The notes: generated by a model from the sequence alone, not told the origin. Positions 1 through 11,394 are shown, counted from the whole stretch's first letter. The stretch is DNA of 63,265 nt, filler included, from Globobulimina sp. (GCA_003354225.1; 54 parts of 54 records of this genome joined end to end with filler, not necessarily neighbours in it), one strand, 5' to 3'. Numbers and translations: made by a program.

Positions 1-650
1 TTCGTTGTAAGATCCACCAAGATATATGAGTGTGGTTTCTCCATTTCTTTTTCATAAGCTGCCTGAAGGGCCCGACGAATACCCAGTTGTCCACCCAATA
101 TCGCCACTTGTTGATACATTTTTGGTGAATTCATTAGAAAGTAATAGCCTGTGTTCTGTGCAATCACTCTAGAGGCTGGCGTCGGAGCAAAGATTACATG
201 CCAAAACAGTACCAAGCTAACATTGTAATGACGCGCAACAGTGAACAAGTGGGCCAGATCCTTGCTTGATGACGTTTGAAGTGTTGCATCATCTATAGCT
301 ATTATAGTTTGTTCCTTCCCATCGCCTGCCATTTGTTTAAGTTCTTCTTCTGACAACACAGATGACTGTATAAACTCTATTGTGACACCCTTTTCTGCCA
401 ATCTCTTCTTTGTTAGCAGGTAACTATCTTGATAACAGTTGTACAGGAAAAACACTCTCTTGGGTGCTGGATTATAGACATGTTCAGCTTGCTCCAACGT
501 TTTTAAAAACATTGTGGTTTTTCCAGACTACAATAAACAGCTATACAATGAATCATATAGTACACATCATACCTGCGTAGTGCCACATATCAATATATTA
601 TGAGGCAGAAGTATTCGACAATCGAAATCAAAACCTTGTCTGAGTGACAT
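1..650 (-). CDS. Polinton/Maverick (adintovirus-like) A32/FtsK-type packaging ATPase; 2 exons (650-573, 527-1), 3' truncated
   Basis: Manual translation MSLRQGFDFDCRILLPHNILICGTTQ|SGKTTMF..YNPAPKRVFFLY..IIAIDD..LFTVARHYNVS..QNTGY..KPHSYILVDL. Shows Walker A, Walker B, the RH arginine-finger motif and a C-terminal PxxYxxxDL typical of Polinton ATPases. GT-AG intron at 572-528. Confidence 0.85.
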
Positions 651-765
651 GACAACCACTAGTCAAACGTACAAATAGATCAAATGATCCATTTATAAAG
701 TCGGCTCTATTTATACAAAGTCATTTGTGCTTAATTACAAGTTGTCGAGTGGTCGGTTCAACAAA

Positions 766-1074
766 ATGCTCATAACTGTTAGCAACCTGTTGTGTAGTAA
801 ACTGGATCGCTTTACTAAGGCCACTCATTTTTCAATTCGTCTGCCATTAACACTTGAATTGGACAAGTTTATTGACAAACAATCCTCACATGTCATTCGT
901 CTGGAGGCTATTTCTATTCAACCACAACCAAAAAACTCATTGGTAGTGTGCTGCAATCTTTGTGAACATCAACCATTTGGAGGAAAACTCGAAAGCATTT
1001 TGAGTATGACCTATGGAATCGACAAGTTTACACAACCAAATGTACCAATCCAACTTGGCCGAGCTAACGAAATT
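766..1074 (+). CDS. Putative Polinton minor capsid (penton)-like protein, 3' truncated
   Basis: FSIRLPLTLEL and LVVCCNLCEHQPFGGKLESIL resemble Polinton minor capsid motifs; divergent from the ATPase; ATG at 766. Confidence 0.5.
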
Positions 1075-1174
1075 NNNNNNNNNNNNNNNNNNNNNNNNNN
1101 NNNNNNNNNNNNNNNNNNTTAATTAATTAANNNNNNNNNNNNNNNNNNNNNNNNNNNNNNNNNNNNNNNNNNNN
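1075..1174. other. Artificial contig spacer (44 N + TTAATTAATTAA + 44 N); recurs 53 times, every 1172-1174 bp
   Basis: Identical 100-bp layout throughout; the 12-mer puts stop codons in all six frames; contig lengths fall from 1074 to 1073 to 1072. Confidence 0.99.
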
Positions 1175-1175
1175 T

Positions 1176-1361
1176 GCCAGTGGCAGTGTTTGGAATGCGC
1201 GCAAGCTTCGACGGGTCTGTGAACCGCAAGAAGATGAACTTATTAACACTTATGATGATGCTAACATTGTTCCAGTGGTTGCACCACCTCCAGTTCCAGT
1301 GCGACGTTCGATACGGAGAAACAAAGGTGTACCACCAAGAAGATATTCGCCGGACCCGTGA
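1176..1361 (+). mobile_element. 3' end of Ty3/Gypsy (Mag/K02A2.6-like) pol integrase
   Basis: GSVWNARKL...RRSIRRNKGVPPRRYSPDP*, followed by a polypurine tract GAAGAGGGGGG (1372-1382). Confidence 0.8.
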
Positions 1362-1385
1362 TACACCTCTTGAAGAGGGGGGTGA

Positions 1386-1670
1386 TGATATATCGGTCCA
1401 TTTGGTAGGTTAGCTGTGTTTAGGTTCGTAAACTAGTTTTGTATTTGCCGCCTAACCTCCTACCGTATATTAGTAGTTGTTATCTATAGCAGTAAGGCAT
1501 AGATGTTTTGTCGCTTAGAGTTAAGACAAAACATCACGCCACTTCTTAGGTTTTGTTTGACGTTGGATGGTACGTGCATTTTATATAATATTTTATGGTT
1601 TATGATTATCCAGATAAAGATAAGGAAATACATTTATTATTCAAAACTATCGACTGGGATCAATATAACA
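1386..1670 (+). mobile_element. LTR (about 285 bp) of a Gypsy element, followed by PBS TGGCGACG (1673-1680)
   Basis: Termini TGATATAT...ATATAACA form an imperfect inverted repeat (TG..CA); PPT immediately upstream and PBS immediately downstream. Confidence 0.75.
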
Positions 1671-1710
1671 ATTGGCGACGCTCAAGTGTTGATTCAAACT
1701 CACTCAAAAA

Positions 1711-2248
1711 ATGGCAAATCAACCAAAAAAGTTTCACGTGCCACTGCCGGACAAATTTTGGCCTAATATCGGAGAAAAGCCAGCACTAAAATGGGACACT
1801 TGGTTGGATGGACTCACCGATTTTTTCGATCTTACAAACAGTTGTCAAACAGCCGAAAATCAACTCACAGATGCTGAGAAGAATAAGTTTTTTCTTCAAT
1901 TTTTGGGTACCGAAGGAAAACGAATGTTTTCTAATCATCCAATTGCAAGAAACAAAGCTACTTCTACCTATGCTCAGTTCACGGCAGCTGCAAAAACACT
2001 GTTTGGTCGTCCAATAAACACAATTCAAGCCCATTATGACTTTATAAAGCGCAAACAAGAGCCACAAGAGTCAATCCAAGATTATTTACTGGCCTTACGG
2101 TCATTATTGGCTGACTGCGACTTCAACAATCATGCTGGTATCACTGTAGAAGATTTTCATCTAGCAATTCAGTTGGTTTCTGGTTGTTCCAATCAAGAAA
2201 TTCGTCACAAGCTACTTTCGCAAGCTGCTATCAGTCTGACCGAATTTA
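1711..2248 (+). mobile_element. Gypsy (Mag clade) gag, N-terminal part
   Basis: KWDTWL..F, LGTEG, FIKRKQEPQESIQDYLLALRSLLADCDF, IRHKLL. Confidence 0.85.
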
Positions 2249-2348
2249 NNNNNNNNNNNNNNNNNNNNNNNNNNNNNNNNNNNNNNNNNNNNTTAATTAA
2301 TTAANNNNNNNNNNNNNNNNNNNNNNNNNNNNNNNNNNNNNNNNNNNN

Positions 2349-3422
2349 TGGGAGGGGCACCCAGAGAGTTGTACAAACAGTGGCACGCACAAAAAGGTGA
2401 GAGTTTCCGACCCAGAATGGTTGTACGTGAATTAAGAAGATGGTATGGTAACGTGTCAAGTGACCGAGGTGCTTTATCCGACGCCTATGATAGGTTACAA
2501 CAAGGTAGCATGTCACTTTTTGAATTTATTAATCTTTTTCAAGTTTATTTTGACAGAGCTTATCCACCTATTGAGTTTATGTTTGACAGAAACGGACGAA
2601 TGTGTCGTGAATTCATACGTAAGTTAAATCATGATGATGCATCGATAGTACAATCATATTTGGCTACAATGGATCGACCAGTCTGGACGCGCATGACAAG
2701 ACGAATTGTTAATGCAGCGCAATTGGATCCAAACAAGACAGCAATGGCATTCAGACGACCAATGGGTATTCATGCTATGGTTGCCAAAGAACCAGAGATA
2801 CATAGTAATTGTATGCCAATTAATGCCGACAGTGGAACCAAACGTCAAGAAAATTTTTCTGTCAAACAGGACGCACAATCAACTCAGCCGATCAATTCAG
2901 AAAAAGATTTGTCAGTTATTACATCAGTGGAAGCCAGAAAAGCTGTCAAATACATTTGGGACAATGCTCGTGCAGGACATCCGGTTACAGTACATGATTT
3001 AATTGCACGATTAAAACCATTGAACAAAGGTGACAACTACACAGTTATTTCTTATTGTTTGGATGGCAGCTTAGGTAAGGCAGCCCGAGTCACTGGTATG
3101 CAGGTAATGCCAGAGTTTCCAAATGTTTACGACAAAGAAATTTGTGAAGTTGAAAAGGACCGTGTTATGCGAATTGCGATGGGTGAAAGCACGTCCGTAC
3201 ATCAAATTGCCAATAATCAACGCAATCGATTTCAACGTCGTTCCTTTGGATCATCCAGAAATCCAAGAGCAGGTAATGGAGCACCTGGACCAGGGTACGT
3301 TTGTCATACATGCAACAGGACAGGTCATTGGCGACGATTTTGTCCAGAAAGAAAGAATGTGAATCGCAGTGCCGACCAGGCAGGACCGAGTCAAGAGCCA
3401 CAACGAGCACTTGCGTTAGTCG
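2349..3422 (+). mobile_element. Retrotransposon gag-like ORF with CCHC zinc knuckle
   Basis: Frame open across the contig; LQQGSMSLFEF (major-homology-like); CHTCNRTGHWRRFC. Confidence 0.7.
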
Positions 3423-3522
3423 NNNNNNNNNNNNNNNNNNNNNNNNNNNNNNNNNNNNNNNNNNNNTTAATTAATTAANNNNNNNNNNNNNNNNNNNNNN
3501 NNNNNNNNNNNNNNNNNNNNNN

Positions 3523-4596
3523 ATGACTGAAAGTACAATCAGTTATGCTGGAGTGCAGGTTCCTCATCCTGATGGGTATGTTAATCTTTTTAACAGCCAT
3601 CTAGATAGGATCGATCATAACAATCGAGCACCAAATCCAGGTAGAGTAAAGACGACAGGTAGAGTATTTGCGACAGAAGGTCCTCCAGAAAGACATGTGG
3701 TTACGGACCAACCAATTGAGAAACCATGTGGACGGAAACGATTAACGATTCCATCAAGAAATAAGAAGATTCAGACTCGTACATGGGAAACCTATGACGA
3801 CACATTATATGCGGCAAATTCAACAGCATCGGATGAAGAACGGCTCAAACATGTACAGAAAATGATTGACATGAAATTACCAGATGCAATATTGTACGGA
3901 ATATTGAATGGATTTGAACCAGAATTGTTAAAGAAATGTATAGAAAGAATTCCATCAATCAAGAAAGAGAAATTAGCAATCCAACCGGAAGTAATGGAAA
4001 TAATAGTCGAAGAAGAACTACCACCAGAACCTGAGAATGTAGAACCAGCATTCCAACGATTGAAGGCGTTGTATTTGAAACATCAATTCACATTGGTACA
4101 TGATTTGTTGGGAAACATTCACAATAAGAATGCGAGAAATGCATTAGTCAGTCGATTGCTACTAGATGATCAACTTGCCCAAATGCGACGATCACCTTAT
4201 GTAACGCTTTTGCCACATTATGGGACACCTGAAGAATTAACGATGAGAATAGAGGCTAAGGATTGGTTACAAGGAACAGAAGGGTGGCGTTCAGGAAAGA
4301 ACTGGGATACAATAGTAACTTTCGGACCAGGAACAACGAGACAAGAATATGCAGAAACAGGAACATTGTTGTTCGGATCAGGATATGAAGCACCCAATGA
4401 GTCGACCACATTCGACGTCATAGCAACAATAACCCATGTTAGTAGTATGATACTATTTCGGATTACTGATGGCTCATGGCATCGTATGTGTGCGCTCAGA
4501 AGAATTGCTGGATTGAACAATAAGTACATTTCCAATATGGGATGGATTTCTTACATCTGCAATTATAAAGGAGAAAATTTGGACAAAACAGGATAT
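3523..4596 (+). CDS. Uncharacterised protein fragment (at least 358 aa, open across the whole contig)
   Basis: Long uninterrupted ORF; no family recognised. Confidence 0.6.
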
Positions 4597-4696
4597 NNNN
4601 NNNNNNNNNNNNNNNNNNNNNNNNNNNNNNNNNNNNNNNNTTAATTAATTAANNNNNNNNNNNNNNNNNNNNNNNNNNNNNNNNNNNNNNNNNNNN

Positions 4697-5626
4697 TAAA
4701 TCGCATAATTTCTTGCAAGTCATGAAACCTTTCCATTTTTCCAATTGGTCAAAATTAATTTTATTGTTGTCAATTACGATGATTTTGCCGGCATTGCAAA
4801 AATTAATCAAATTTTGGTCCATAATATCTGAATTTGAGTCTAATCTGAAAGTATTTGGCGATATCACTGAATCCAATTTGTTATAACATTTGTAACTTAT
4901 TTTAAATTTTTCCAAAGGGAAAATTGCTGATAATTTCGAATCTAATTTAATCCAATTATTATACGCCGATTTTAATAAATTGTACACATTTGGTAAGTTA
5001 TTGTGATATTTTATAACTATCCAAAATAATTTATCTTTGACTGCTTTTTTTATTGCTTTGTTTTGTTTCTCTTCCTCGGTTTCACTCTCTTCCTCCTCTT
5101 TGCCTTCTAAATATTTTCTTTTTCTTCTCTCTCTGACATAATATGGCTGTTTCCATATTTTTAGGGCTTGTTTCTTCGAAATCTGTCGATATTTATTAAA
5201 TGTATTATTAACTTGCCAAACCCCATGATTTCTTGCTATTAAATAACTTTTATAGTTTCTAAATTGATTATCAATGAATTGTTCATCACAAATACTGCGT
5301 ATTCTAAGTGCCGTTGATGAAATTGTGCCGCGTTTTTGGTGTCGTACATGACACGAATCATTTTCCAGTGTGCAATGAGTGTCCGTCTCCTTCGAATGTA
5401 CATCCACCGCAATATCCCAACCCATAAATTCTATGTCTTCAAACTGTTTTAATTTGCGTTGTACCAAGAATTTTGTATCCAGAATTTCTAAATATTTTCC
5501 GTTTGCATCCACATCTCGATCTACGTAGCAATAATCCAATGTAAATTGTATTGATTTATTCATATTATTCATCGCACATAAAATGCATTTCAAATCAAAA
5601 ATATCTCCACAACCTGCTCCGAAATA
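4697..5626 (-). CDS. Putative SAM-dependent methyltransferase-like protein, cut at the 5' side by a transposon end
   Basis: Frame extends upstream of 5593 to YFGAGCGDIF (motif I-like); acidic YVDRD follows. Confidence 0.45.
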
Positions 5627-5770
5627 CAGTAGTGTTCCCGATAAGAGGTACGCATATTAGTACTAATATATATATTAGTTGTACTAATATATTTATAGAA
5701 TGGAGCACATGTCACGAATTTTTTTACTAACATATAATATATATATTAGTTATAATATATATATTAGTAA
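5627..5770 (+). mobile_element. Terminus of a TA-flanked DNA transposon (Tc1/mariner/pogo-like TIR)
   Basis: TA|CAGTAGTGTTCCCGATAAGAG(G/A)TACGCATATTAGTACTAATATATATATTA; near-identical copy after TA at 38359. Confidence 0.7.
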
Positions 5771-5921
5771 NNNNNNNNNNNNNNNNNNNNNNNNNNNNNN
5801 NNNNNNNNNNNNNNTTAATTAATTAANNNNNNNNNNNNNNNNNNNNNNNNNNNNNNNNNNNNNNNNNNNNCATATTATGATCAGTGTACAATTTTACATT
5901 ACAAAAATCGCAATTTCGCAG

Positions 5922-6884
5922 TTATAAAACACATACTTCGCATTTCCATCTTTGTTGCTTTTCTTTTGTATGACTTTGTGGCTTTTATCCATAATCTTAT
6001 CACCGTCCACTGTCACATTCTATGTATGTGTGTTTTTTATATGTTTTTTTGTACATTTTTTTTGCAAATTATATACATATATTTACCTTAACCGCATTGC
6101 TAAATAATTGGTCAAAATCCTTACATGATAAATGCATCGGTGACTGCGAGGAAATGGAAGAAGACAAAGACGATTCGTCCCCATCATTCTCCTCATTGTT
6201 ATAATAAAAATCAGACTCATTCTCATCATCGGCGTCATTGTCATAGGAATTGGACCGCTCAGTGCTCGTTCTCTGAGTTTGCGTCTCTTTCTCGCCACGG
6301 TCTCCTTTGCAACTCTTGGAACGTTTGTGGCTTTTCCTGTTTTTGCTCTTTTTGAGCGATTTGTGTCGTTTATTTTTGCGTTTTCGGTCGCCTTTCCCAT
6401 GTAACTTACGATGATAATCCTGACATAGTTGCAAAGGTTTATCGCCTTGCGCATTTTTCAAGAATGGGTCGGCTGATTTGGATAATAAAAAGGCGATGTT
6501 ATCGAAATTGCCAGTCAACACTGCAAAGTGTAGCGGGGTGTTGCCTTCGATAAACTTGTTCATATTATGGACTTGTGGCAATATTTGGTGTTGGCTGATC
6601 CATTTAGATAATGGGTCGACGGCATTGCCCCATAATCGAATGTTGATATCGGTGATAACATGCGCCTGTTCCTTGACTGTGTTGGTGTCATTTAGTAATA
6701 AGGCACCGGCCAGTAAGACAGCGTCACATTCATCGATGGTGATGGATTTGTTTAGTTCTTTTTGCAATATTTTTTTTAAGGACGTGAGTTTCTCGAATCG
6801 ACCCTTTTCTTGGCTGTTTTGGATGGTTAAAGAAAATGTTGATAGAATGGAGCATAAAGTGGACTCCTCGTTATTTGATGACAT
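5922..6884 (-). CDS. Ankyrin-repeat protein with Lys-rich and acidic tail; intron 6086-6020
   Basis: GNTPLHFAVLTGNFDNIAFLLSKSADPFLKNAQGDKPL; the GT..AG intron restores the frame to NVTVDGDKIMDK. Confidence 0.75.
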
Positions 6885-7058
6885 ATCACAAATCGATAAG
6901 TTAATATGAATAGTGTTAATACGTATACGACGGCATTAACTGACNNNNNNNNNNNNNNNNNNNNNNNNNNNNNNNNNNNNNNNNNNNNTTAATTAATTAA
7001 NNNNNNNNNNNNNNNNNNNNNNNNNNNNNNNNNNNNNNNNNNNNTATTAAACGATGCC

Positions 7059-7673
7059 ATGAAAGACACGGAAAACTTTGAAGGTTGGAGTAGAGCGCGA
7101 ATCAATGCCTTCAAAAAGAAGAATGTTAATCCCAATGCGTATTATTACAGATTTAATGATCGTGGAATTGAGCAGAAAAATGGTGCAGTCCAACCAGATG
7201 AACATAGGGTGTTTATGCAGCGAGTGATGGAATGTGGAGTCAATGTGACTTGGGGCAATTTTTCGTGTGGAATTCCAGGACGCGTTGGTTACCAATGCAG
7301 TAATTATTGGCGTCATATAATGAAACAGGGATGGATCAAAGATCCAAATTATTGGATTTCAGATGATGGCTCATTTCATTTTAAGAGAGCTAAAAAAGGG
7401 AAAGGAATTATTCCTGACTCAATTCGCAAATTTTCATTTGTTGTAATTAAGGATCCATCGGAAACATTTTATCCGCTTCCTTCATTTCATCCAAACAGAG
7501 CAAATGATGCAGATTTACAAAAATATTTAAATGATGATTGTAAACAATTAACGGACGAACAGAAAAAAGGAAAAAAAGTTGCAGCAAAAAAACGGAAAAA
7601 ATCAGAAAAAAATAAAAATAAAAATGATGAAAATGAAGCCATTGAACCGCCAAAGAAAAAACGAAAGCTCTGA
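7059..7673 (+). CDS. Myb/SANT-like domain protein, C-terminal part
   Basis: NPNAYYYRFN..WGNFSCGIPGRVGYQCSNYWR; basic NLS-like PPKKKRKL. Confidence 0.75.
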   Translation: MKDTENFEGWSRARINAFKKKNVNPNAYYYRFNDRGIEQKNGAVQPDEHRVFMQRVMECGVNVTWGNFSCGIPGRVGYQCSNYWRHIMKQGWIKDPNYWISDDGSFHFKRAKKGKGIIPDSIRKFSFVVIKDPSETFYPLPSFHPNRANDADLQKYLNDDCKQLTDEQKKGKKVAAKKRKKSEKNKNKNDENEAIEPPKKKRKL

Positions 7674-7929
7674 TGATTTATGAAGAAAACAAATCGTAAT
7701 CGTTTCCGTTTTATTTCAATCAATTAAATATTTTGTTCATTGAAAATTTGCCATCTTCCTCTTCCTGTTCTGGATCTCTGACCCTTTCATTCCATCCCAT
7801 CATACATCCACAATATTCATTCCATCCTTGCACAAAATACAACGAGAACCGCAACAATCCCAACAGCAACATACTGTGGACTGAGAAATTAAATTAATTT
7901 GTTTTTTTTATGTATATATATATTTAAAT

Positions 7930-8080
7930 TATTTTGCTTTGCTTTGTAATTATTTTGTTTTGCTTATTTCGTTTCGTTTTGCTTTGCTTTTGCTTATTTT
8001 GAAATTGTTTTATTTTGTAATTGTTTTGTTTTGCTTTTGTTTTGCTTTTGTTTTGTTTTGCTTTTGTTTTGCTTTTGTTA
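7930..8080 (+). repeat. Degenerate (TTTTG/TTTTGC)n simple repeat
   Basis: Visible low-complexity run. Confidence 0.8.
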
Positions 8081-8654
8081 GAGCATGAGGTCATTTGTCT
8101 GTAAGTGTTCTATTTTTGNNNNNNNNNNNNNNNNNNNNNNNNNNNNNNNNNNNNNNNNNNNNTTAATTAATTAANNNNNNNNNNNNNNNNNNNNNNNNNN
8201 NNNNNNNNNNNNNNNNNNATTAATATTCATACAATTAAATATTATTGATTGTCCGCCATATATTACACATTTTGTATTTGAAAGAAAAAACAAATTTATA
8301 TAACCACCCATATAAATTGAAGCATTTCTATTCATGACACTAATTTTTATTGTTGCTTTGGATGATGTGTTGATTATATTTAATGCATCTGATGATATCG
8401 AATAATTGTTGTTGTGGTTGGTGCCATTTCCTACATATAATATCATTCTCTGTTTCTTGCAATTTAGTATCAAATTTACAGCTTGAAACATCAAATGATT
8501 CTAAATTGATTGTTGCGCCATAATTCATTGTTTGTGTCCAATTACCAGTGTCAGTGCCACCTTACTTCATTGTAGGGTACGTACAGTACGTTTCTTTAAG
8601 CGGTTTACTTCCTTTTTCTTATTACATTATAAACAATTTGTGATTTGTGTTCAG

Positions 8655-9108
8655 AATGACAGATATGAAGAAGCGTTGGATTTATTTCTTGTGTTGCCGC
8701 AAAAAGAAATTGATGAACGAAATGTGAATGATGACATTGCATATTGTTATAAGAAAACAAAACAATATGAAAAGGCTCAGAAATATTATGAATTGAATAT
8801 AAAAAATAATCCAAATGATCCATGGGGATATAAACAAATCAGTTACTTATTTGATGAAGTAAATGATCATAAAACTGAATCTCAATATTTATTAAAAGCA
8901 TTACATTTATCCAATGATAATGAGCAGAAAGGAGATATTTATACAAGTTTGGGTGTAAATGAATATTTAGAGAGAAATTTAAAAAAATGCAATATTTTGG
9001 AGAGAAAGCAATTCAATGTTTTAATGAAACAGATGTTGAAGACGCAAAGGTGATTACTTTAAGTAATTTAGGGAAATATTATTATAAAATTGGTGAATAT
9101 GATAAAAG
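8655..9108 (+). pseudogene. TPR-repeat protein fragment with a frameshift near 8985
   Basis: IAYCYKKTKQYEKAQKYYE, NPNDPWGY, LSNLGKYYYKIGEYDK spread over two frames. Confidence 0.65.
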
Positions 9109-9292
9109 TGATGGGTGCCGGCAGAACTTAATTGATGCTTCACTTTGTGTTGATGGGTGCCGGCAGAACTTAATTGATGCTTCACTTTGTGTTGATGGGT
9201 GCCGGCAGCACTTAATTGATGCTTCACTTTGTGTTGATGGGTGCCGGCAGCACTTAATTGATGCTTCACTTTGTGTTGATGGGTGCCGGCAG
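9109..9292 (+). repeat. 42-bp tandem minisatellite, about 4.4 copies, running off the contig end
   Basis: TGATGGGTGCCGGCAG(A/C)ACTTAATTGATGCTTCACTTTGTGT starting at 9109, 9151, 9193, 9235 and 9277. Confidence 0.95.
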
Positions 9293-10656
9293 NNNNNNNN
9301 NNNNNNNNNNNNNNNNNNNNNNNNNNNNNNNNNNNNTTAATTAATTAANNNNNNNNNNNNNNNNNNNNNNNNNNNNNNNNNNNNNNNNNNNNTAAAAACG
9401 AGCTAAAAAACAAAAAAGAAATTATTACGATCATTCAAAAAAAAGAATTATTAAAAAACACAAACGATGATATCTTAAAACTAAATGAAAAATTCAACAG
9501 TTTCTCAAAAAAACATCAGGAACAACGCAGAGCGAATAATGTATGTTTTTATCCTTTCACAAGCAGCTAAGCAGAGAATTATCTGAAAGCCAAACATCGT
9601 ATAATTATTTAAAGTGCACAACGAATTGAATGAGTCACTAATATCATTAAAATATGTGTCCAATGTGGAATTGGCGAAATATAATCAGCAATGTATGGAA
9701 TAAGGACATGAAATTGGCTTAATATCCTCTGAAATAACTAAATATTCGCACATATTATCTCAATATTCGCTGTCCAAGGAAGAAGAATAATTACTATTTG
9801 CCAATATGTCGCTGGATTATTACCAGAAATTGCAAGAAAACGATCGCTTAAAAAAGGCAAATTTATTATATTCTATTGCCAAAACCTTATTTTTTCTGCG
9901 ATTTCATGAATGGAATATATATTTATTTAAATATACATACATCCCACACCACAGATTATGTTGATTTAAATGTGATGATAGCTTAATTAATTGTGATGTA
10001 TATTTATTAATTGTGTTGATAGCTTAATTAAAGCATCTATTTAAAGAAGATTTGCACAAAAATATACAGCTGCACTGTCACAACTCAAATATTGCCTTAA
10101 TATCAAGTTAAATAACAATGGCCAATGTATCTATCGCAAATTGGTTATTTATCGCAAATTGATACACAAATTATCCATTACGCAAGAAAGAAACACTTCA
10201 AGGAATATAAAGACTGCTTCGTGGGCAGTGATGCTTGCAAATGATTGGTAAGCAAAGGATTTTGCAGTGATAAGCAGCAATGTGCGCTAATTTGGTGGAA
10301 AATGGCTTCATAGCACATTTAAAAATGAAGCATTATTTTATACGTTTAATGATATTGAAATCAATACAGTGATGTATCGGATAAGATGAAGACAAAATGA
10401 TCAAAATATTGGTATGATCAAATATTACTGGACGAACTTTTCCATACAATTTTTTTTTTTTTTTTTNNNNNNNNNNNNNNNNNNNNNNNNNNNNNNNNNN
10501 NNNNNNNNNNTTAATTAATTAANNNNNNNNNNNNNNNNNNNNNNNNNNNNNNNNNNNNNNNNNNNNACTCAAATAAAAAAAGTTTAAATCTCCGCCACCT
10601 CATTGAATAGCATCGTTATATCAAATCGGAATTCAAATAAATTCAAAAATTAAAGT

Positions 10657-11097
10657 ATGTTAAAAACAGAGCAAACAAAAGAGAATGATAAATGTTTATG
10701 TATGCCAATTAAATGTGGAGTTTATTTATCCATTGTTTACGATTTATTATTTGTCGCTGGATTTGCGTTCTTGAGTTGTAGATTAATTGGGCGGGCAGTA
10801 ATCATTCAAACTGTATTGCAGTCGGTGATAAGTGGTATTGCGGTTATTTGTGGTGTACATGTTATTACCTGTTATAGAAAAACAAAAACCATTGTTTCGA
10901 AAACATTTTTGGTTTCCTCCTTTGCCGCGACGTTATCATTAATTATTTTGTATATTTGGGCGTTGTATAAAGAGTATTATACAGAAGAAAATGCAGAACT
11001 TGGATTATGGATTTTTTGGGGATTGTATTTTTGTGCCATAATGTTGCGTATATTTTTAAACATTAACATCTGTAAATTTACAAAATCATTAAGATGA
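10657..11097 (+). CDS. Small four-TM membrane protein
   Basis: Four hydrophobic segments; N-terminal CLCMPIKCG; complete ORF. Confidence 0.65.
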   Translation: MLKTEQTKENDKCLCMPIKCGVYLSIVYDLLFVAGFAFLSCRLIGRAVIIQTVLQSVISGIAVICGVHVITCYRKTKTIVSKTFLVSSFAATLSLIILYIWALYKEYYTEENAELGLWIFWGLYFCAIMLRIFLNINICKFTKSLR

Positions 11098-11152
11098 TCT
11101 GTAGCTGTGTTTAATTGCACTTTTCTGAGTGTTGAAATAATTCAGTGCTTAT

Positions 11153-11394
11153 TAGAGTTTTCCGTTTTAACTTTGATTTTGCTCATGATCAACTTTTTTT
11201 AATCATTTGTGAATTGTTAGAGAAAAAGCTTAAGTAAATGTTCTTATTTATAGTTCAGTACGATCTTTATTTACAGTTTCTAATAGAGATGAGAAGATGA
11301 GACGAACATTTACTTAAGCTTTTTCTCTAACAATTCACAAATGATTAAAAAAAGTTGATCATGAGCAAAATCAAGGTCAAATAGGAAAACTCTA
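11153..11394. repeat. Long inverted repeat (about 91-bp arms, 60-bp spacer)
   Basis: 11153-11243 is the reverse complement of 11304-11394; mismatches only in the outer part. Confidence 0.9.

Noticed and set aside
1119-1130. Regularly spaced TTAATTAATTAA palindrome
   Set aside because: Artificial six-frame-stop linker inside N spacers; ORF tails such as XXXLIN are artefacts
9109-9292. Possible CRISPR array
   Set aside because: Units are head-to-tail with no unique spacers, and there are no cas genes
10449-10466. Poly-T as an mRNA tail or terminator
   Set aside because: Homopolymer at a contig break, wrong orientation for a poly(A) tail, and no intact gene on the contig
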